From a virus, in IMG/VR virus record IMGVR_UViG_3300045996_000252, positions 1,310-65,309 of that record: a stretch of DNA of 64,000 nucleotides; one strand, 5' to 3'. Position 1 is the first letter of the stretch, and the number at the start of each line of letters is the position of its first letter. This document shows positions 60,662-64,000 of the stretch, piece after piece. A program made the translations under genes and the position numbers. The notes below the pieces were generated by a model, which saw only the letters and a list, made by a program, of their open reading frames with translations, did not search any database and was not told where the DNA came from.

Positions 60662-60866
60662 CTAGAATCTCCTCAAGTGACGTGTTCAACTGCGGGATCA
60701 GGCCCGCTGTAAGAACAGCCTTTTGCTGCTCTAGCAAATCTTCAATCTCATCGTCTGCCTGTAAGGCATACTTTAATCGCACCAGTGTACGAGTAATCTT
60801 TGCATTACGTCGCATCGTGCGACTGGTAGTATCAGCCATTTGTTTCTCCTTCTTGCAACTGTGCAA
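60645..60866 (-). CDS. hypothetical protein
   Basis: 73-aa ORF. Confidence 0.35.
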   Translation of the reverse strand: MHSCKKEKQMADTTSRTMRRNAKITRTLVRLKYALQADDEIEDLLEQQKAVLTAGLIPQLNTSLEEILGADSK

Positions 60867-61092
60867 GTAAATCTTGCATTTGTGCTAGTCCGCGCTTTCG
60901 GCGCTTTTTAATCCTGCGCAACGCTGCGCCGGTCGCCCTTAAAGGGTTGTTCCATGAGTTGTTGTACTTGTCTAGCACACACTGTTGACACATGTGCGTT
61001 GCACCAGACGTAAAGACTCCCACTACATACTTATCATGACCCTGCGGGCAAAAACGCTTTATAATCCTCGCAGGGTCATAATGTATGGGCAT
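60832..61092 (-). CDS. zinc-binding protein
   Basis: CPQGH...CQQC. Confidence 0.35.
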   Translation of the reverse strand: MPIHYDPARIIKRFCPQGHDKYVVGVFTSGATHMCQQCVLDKYNNSWNNPLRATGAALRRIKKRRKRGLAQMQDLLAQLQEGETNG

Positions 61093-61289
61093 TACTTCTC
61101 GACTACCTTGTAGCCAAATCCATCCATCGCCCGCGTAAACGTTGTCGATAGCACCTTGCGATACTCGTCGGTATCCTTGATCCCGTTGGATGCAAGCATA
61201 CTAAATAGGATGGCTAGTTCTACTGCGTCGGTGCTTGTCATCTTCTTCTTGCCCTCGGTCGCCGCTGCAACCTGATCAATGTCTGCCAT
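61092..61289 (-). CDS. hypothetical protein
   Basis: 65-aa ORF. Confidence 0.35.
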   Translation of the reverse strand: MADIDQVAAATEGKKKMTSTDAVELAILFSMLASNGIKDTDEYRKVLSTTFTRAMDGFGYKVVEK

Positions 61290-61398
61290 TTAACTGTCTC
61301 CTTTATGGTTTCTCCAAAGGTCGTCCTTGAGGACTGTCATTGGTACTTCTCGCTTACGGACAACCTGCAATCTGCGGGTGTCCAGTACGCCCATTTTC

Positions 61399-61872
61399 CT
61401 AAGCGTTGTTCCTTTCTTCGCCGCGTACTGGCGAAGCAGTTCCTCCGCTTGTTCTTCCAGATTGTCCATCGGTATCCATCTTCTCGGTTAGTTTGCCGAT
61501 GGCACGCTTGCGCCGCATGTGTACGGTGCGTCCCTTCGACTGTGCTAACTCGTTAGCGGTACGCTCATCAACACCCTCGGCCCACTGCAATAGAGTCTGT
61601 CTCTGCTCAGGTGACATTTCGGTTGCCATGATGTTCTCCGCTTCAACTAGGTCAAGGTGAAAGTCATTCCCTATCTGAGAAGTGTACACATCTTGACCCT
61701 CTAGGTCTAGTGAAGACCCATGAGTAATGATGGAGCCGCCGTGATTGTATAGCGCTGCACGAATGTACGCTCGTTCAGCAATCAGACGCCGAAGGTACTG
61801 TGTAGTATAGTTGACCGGATGCTTTTCCGTTTGCTCGATAACTATAGTACGGGTGCTACTTCGATTGTCCAC
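61399..61872 (-). CDS. sigma-70 region-4-like HTH protein (putative phage sigma factor / transcription regulator)
   Basis: 'SPEQRQTLLQWAEGVDERTANELAQSKGRTVHMRRKRAIGKL' resembles sigma region 4. The start is uncertain. Confidence 0.4.
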   Translation of the reverse strand: MDNRSSTRTIVIEQTEKHPVNYTTQYLRRLIAERAYIRAALYNHGGSIITHGSSLDLEGQDVYTSQIGNDFHLDLVEAENIMATEMSPEQRQTLLQWAEGVDERTANELAQSKGRTVHMRRKRAIGKLTEKMDTDGQSGRTSGGTASPVRGEERNNA

Positions 61873-62882
61873 TCAGGTATCCTCACATTGATCGGTTGCT
61901 TATCGGCTATACGTAGCCCTATACCAACCTGCTTATCCGAGAGCGCAGTGAGAACCTTTAGCATGTTCTCTCCTCTGGCATGCCAGCCTGCTTTGCCCTC
62001 GTATGGCACAACTTTTAGTGTGTCATCTTCATATTGTAGCGTAACTCTACCCATGTTGTCAAATTTTTGTTGCTCTCGTAGAGTTTTAACGAACTTTACA
62101 CGGTCTACAACGGTCTTATACTTGATGGGATGGAGGGCATCCTGCTTAAAATCAAGCGGTCCACCCACGCGTAGCATCTTGTACAAGCCTACCACACGGT
62201 ACGCATCATTGTGTAGCGTAACCTTCTCGTCACTCCACAGGTTCATTTCCGCATCACCTATGCCACGCGCTGCCTCTAGGAAGCCTGCGTATACATAGCC
62301 GAACAACTCATAGTTGCCCTTGAATTCCTTTGCCGCGAACCGAATGTTATTGGTGGCCGCAAAGCGTACAGTGTCACGCTTAGTCCATATCTTACCCGCC
62401 ACGCTGATAGGAGATTGATCGTACTCCACTACACCCGGCAGGACACGGCCAAGGGTTTCAAGTTCATCCCCTGTAAAGGCTATGCTGCCCTGAGACTGTG
62501 CTGAAATATCCGGTGGCATGAGCAGCGTCGGAATCTTCTTCGTCAGTCTCGGGAAGTCCTCGTTCTTCGGACCCACCAGTGTGCATCCTATCTCCCACCC
62601 CTTGTTCAAGTCCTCGATCCAATACTCCTTCTTCGTTTCCGCCTCCTTGCACGCTGTAAGGAATTCGCGTGCAGATATCACCGCTCTGAACTGTTTTGTA
62701 GTAGCATGGACAGTCGCAATTATAGTGCCGGAAGACGCACCCGCAACGACCTTGAGAGTCTCGCCGTTTGCCTGCACAACGACGCGATCCATCGGTTCCT
62801 TCGCGCTCTCGCGCACGTCCGCGAAGCGCCCTAAGTTCGCGCCAATCTTCCGCAGGGTGCTCCCGCTCACTCTCTCGTCCAT
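61842..62882 (-). CDS. DNA polymerase III beta sliding clamp (DnaN)-like protein
   Basis: 346 aa, clamp-sized, with alternating beta-rich segments. It sits next to the helicase. The call rests on resemblance only. Confidence 0.35.
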   Translation of the reverse strand: MDERVSGSTLRKIGANLGRFADVRESAKEPMDRVVVQANGETLKVVAGASSGTIIATVHATTKQFRAVISAREFLTACKEAETKKEYWIEDLNKGWEIGCTLVGPKNEDFPRLTKKIPTLLMPPDISAQSQGSIAFTGDELETLGRVLPGVVEYDQSPISVAGKIWTKRDTVRFAATNNIRFAAKEFKGNYELFGYVYAGFLEAARGIGDAEMNLWSDEKVTLHNDAYRVVGLYKMLRVGGPLDFKQDALHPIKYKTVVDRVKFVKTLREQQKFDNMGRVTLQYEDDTLKVVPYEGKAGWHARGENMLKVLTALSDKQVGIGLRIADKQPINVRIPEWTIEVAPVL

Positions 62883-62887
62883 GCCAC

Positions 62888-63265
62888 TTAGCCTCCAAGT
62901 CGCCCAATGAATTTGATCCCATTGATAGCCTCTGTTACACTCTGTAGCAGGTTCTTGATCTTGGTGGCCGAGGTCTTTGTTTCAATCTCAGCCATCTTCA
63001 AGTCCCACACTTCAATCTCAGCCATGCGCTCTGCCGCAGCAGCGCTCATCTTCTCGCCCGAAGTCATCATCTTCTTAAAGGCGTTGGCTTCCTCGTTCTT
63101 ACGCACCGCGTACGCCATGTCTGCCTCACCCTCAGCCACCCCTGCTAGGTAGCCGAGTTTAGTGTGAGCCTCAATGAGTAAGTTCAGGTCGGCGCTGGTT
63201 GGATTGCTCGTCAACGTCTTCATGACCCGCTTCATAAATGTAGCGTCCGCCTCTTGAATTGGCAT
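62888..63265 (-). CDS. hypothetical protein
   Basis: 125-aa helical ORF. Confidence 0.4.
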   Translation of the reverse strand: MPIQEADATFMKRVMKTLTSNPTSADLNLLIEAHTKLGYLAGVAEGEADMAYAVRKNEEANAFKKMMTSGEKMSAAAAERMAEIEVWDLKMAEIETKTSATKIKNLLQSVTEAINGIKFIGRLGG

Positions 63266-63443
63266 CTAGGTACCTCTCTATCTTTTCTAGAACTTCTTCG
63301 GCGTCTGTATACAGCGCCATTGCTTCAACGTATAAACTCTTTAGAGTTTCATCTTCGATGAGGTCGGGATCAATGTCGTCACCATCGTCCCATAGCCGCT
63401 TGAACTCTTTAATGTCTATCTTAGACTTCTGCATTGTGTTCAC
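63171..63443 (-). CDS. hypothetical acidic protein
   Basis: 90-aa ORF. Confidence 0.3.
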   Translation of the reverse strand: MNTMQKSKIDIKEFKRLWDDGDDIDPDLIEDETLKSLYVEAMALYTDAEEVLEKIERYLDANSRGGRYIYEAGHEDVDEQSNQRRPELTH

Positions 63444-64000
63444 TTATCCGTCCTGTCGGCAAGTCCATGCGCCATGTAATCTTGCCCAACTGCTCGTGCC
63501 GGTTCTTTACGACCCGACATTCTAGGAATGGTGACTGTGATTGCTGGTCACGCTTTAGCATGATCGCTACGTCAGCCGCATCCCTGATTGCTCCGTGTCC
63601 CTTGAACGAGTAGTAATCTCCACTCGTGCCCTCGCTCTGGCTCTGCGCCATTGCGTTTGAAATCTGGCTGAACGCGATGACGGTGCATCGTAGTTCCTTC
63701 GCCAACTCCTGTAGCCCGATGATGGTGGTACGCGCATCCGCTACCTCATCACCCGTGTTGCCTACGTTCTGGATGAAGTCAACAACCAGCACGTCAAGCC
63801 CATCTGTCTTGCTCAGTCTAGTTGCTGCGGCCCGAATCCCTTTAAGGTCATATACTGTATCGAAGATTCGCAGGTTTGCTCCCGCCAATCGTGACTCGGC
63901 ATCATGGAGTCGAGTAATTGAGTCGCCTCCAAGTGCCACGCGTTCACGAATGTTTCTTTGAGGGACGCCAGACAGGTTAGACAATAGCCTGATAGCATAC
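63421..64000 (-). CDS. dnaB: DnaB-family replicative helicase, C-terminal RecA-like domain (partial; continues beyond the window)
   Basis: 'LDVLVVDFIQNV' and 'TVIAFSQISNAMAQSQ' (the SQLxR-type H4 motif region). Confidence 0.7.
   Translation of the reverse strand, partial: YAIRLLSNLSGVPQRNIRERVALGGDSITRLHDAESRLAGANLRIFDTVYDLKGIRAAATRLSKTDGLDVLVVDFIQNVGNTGDEVADARTTIIGLQELAKELRCTVIAFSQISNAMAQSQSEGTSGDYYSFKGHGAIRDAADVAIMLKRDQQSQSPFLECRVVKNRHEQLGKITWRMDLPTGRISEHNAEV

Overview
This window reads as a contiguous piece of a temperate siphovirus-type phage or prophage genome from a moderately high-GC host. Its content resembles actinobacteriophages. **Layout.** Bases 1-3030 are a dense minus-strand tRNA array of about 25 genes, most with the CCA end encoded. 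The array is interrupted by a 97-aa ORF and several non-tRNA gaps. Two sigma70-like promoters (TTGACA-17-TATAGT and TTGACA-17-CATAAT) sit inside or upstream of the array. Bases 3.1-38.6 kb are one long leftward (minus-strand) operon. Its genes, in transcription order, are: two small genes, nucleotide-metabolism genes (class II ribonucleotide reductase NrdJ, flavin-dependent thymidylate synthase ThyX), terminase, portal, scaffold/protease, an HK97-fold major capsid protein, a GT-B glycosyltransferase sitting inside the head module, connector and neck proteins, major tail protein, a frameshift-type chaperone pair, a 1562-aa tape measure protein, minor tail proteins, three paralogous proteins built from about 50 tandem 14-aa 'GSFTADAVIRxxVx' repeats, and small membrane proteins (putative lysis). 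A 700-bp divergent control region lies at 38.64-39.35 kb. It holds two DnaA-box-like 'TGTGGATAA' repeats, a CATGGTG heptamer array, and the first of eight copies of a perfect 16-bp palindrome, TAGAACGTACGTTCTA. These palindromes recur in three clusters, each placed after an intrinsic terminator and before a promoter. A rightward early region runs 39.3-58.9 kb with about 45 small genes, many of them zinc ribbons. It includes a lipoprotein with an RlpA-like motif, an SPFH/band-7 protein, an Orn/DnaQ-like DEDD exonuclease, a tyrosine integrase, and a two-gene module: a glutamine-synthetase-like amidoligase with an N-terminal multi-zinc-ribbon domain, plus an Ntn-type class II glutamine amidotransferase. 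This module is the strongest candidate for an uncharacterised enzymatic system. A family of TTGACAGCC...TAnAGTGGTG promoter-like motifs and a 600-bp ORF-free structured region downstream of a consensus promoter are also present. The last 5 kb are minus-strand replication genes: a HAD phosphatase, a DnaN-like clamp, a sigma-region-4 protein and a DnaB helicase that runs off the end. **Caveat.** All functional calls rest on motif recognition by eye. No database search was possible.
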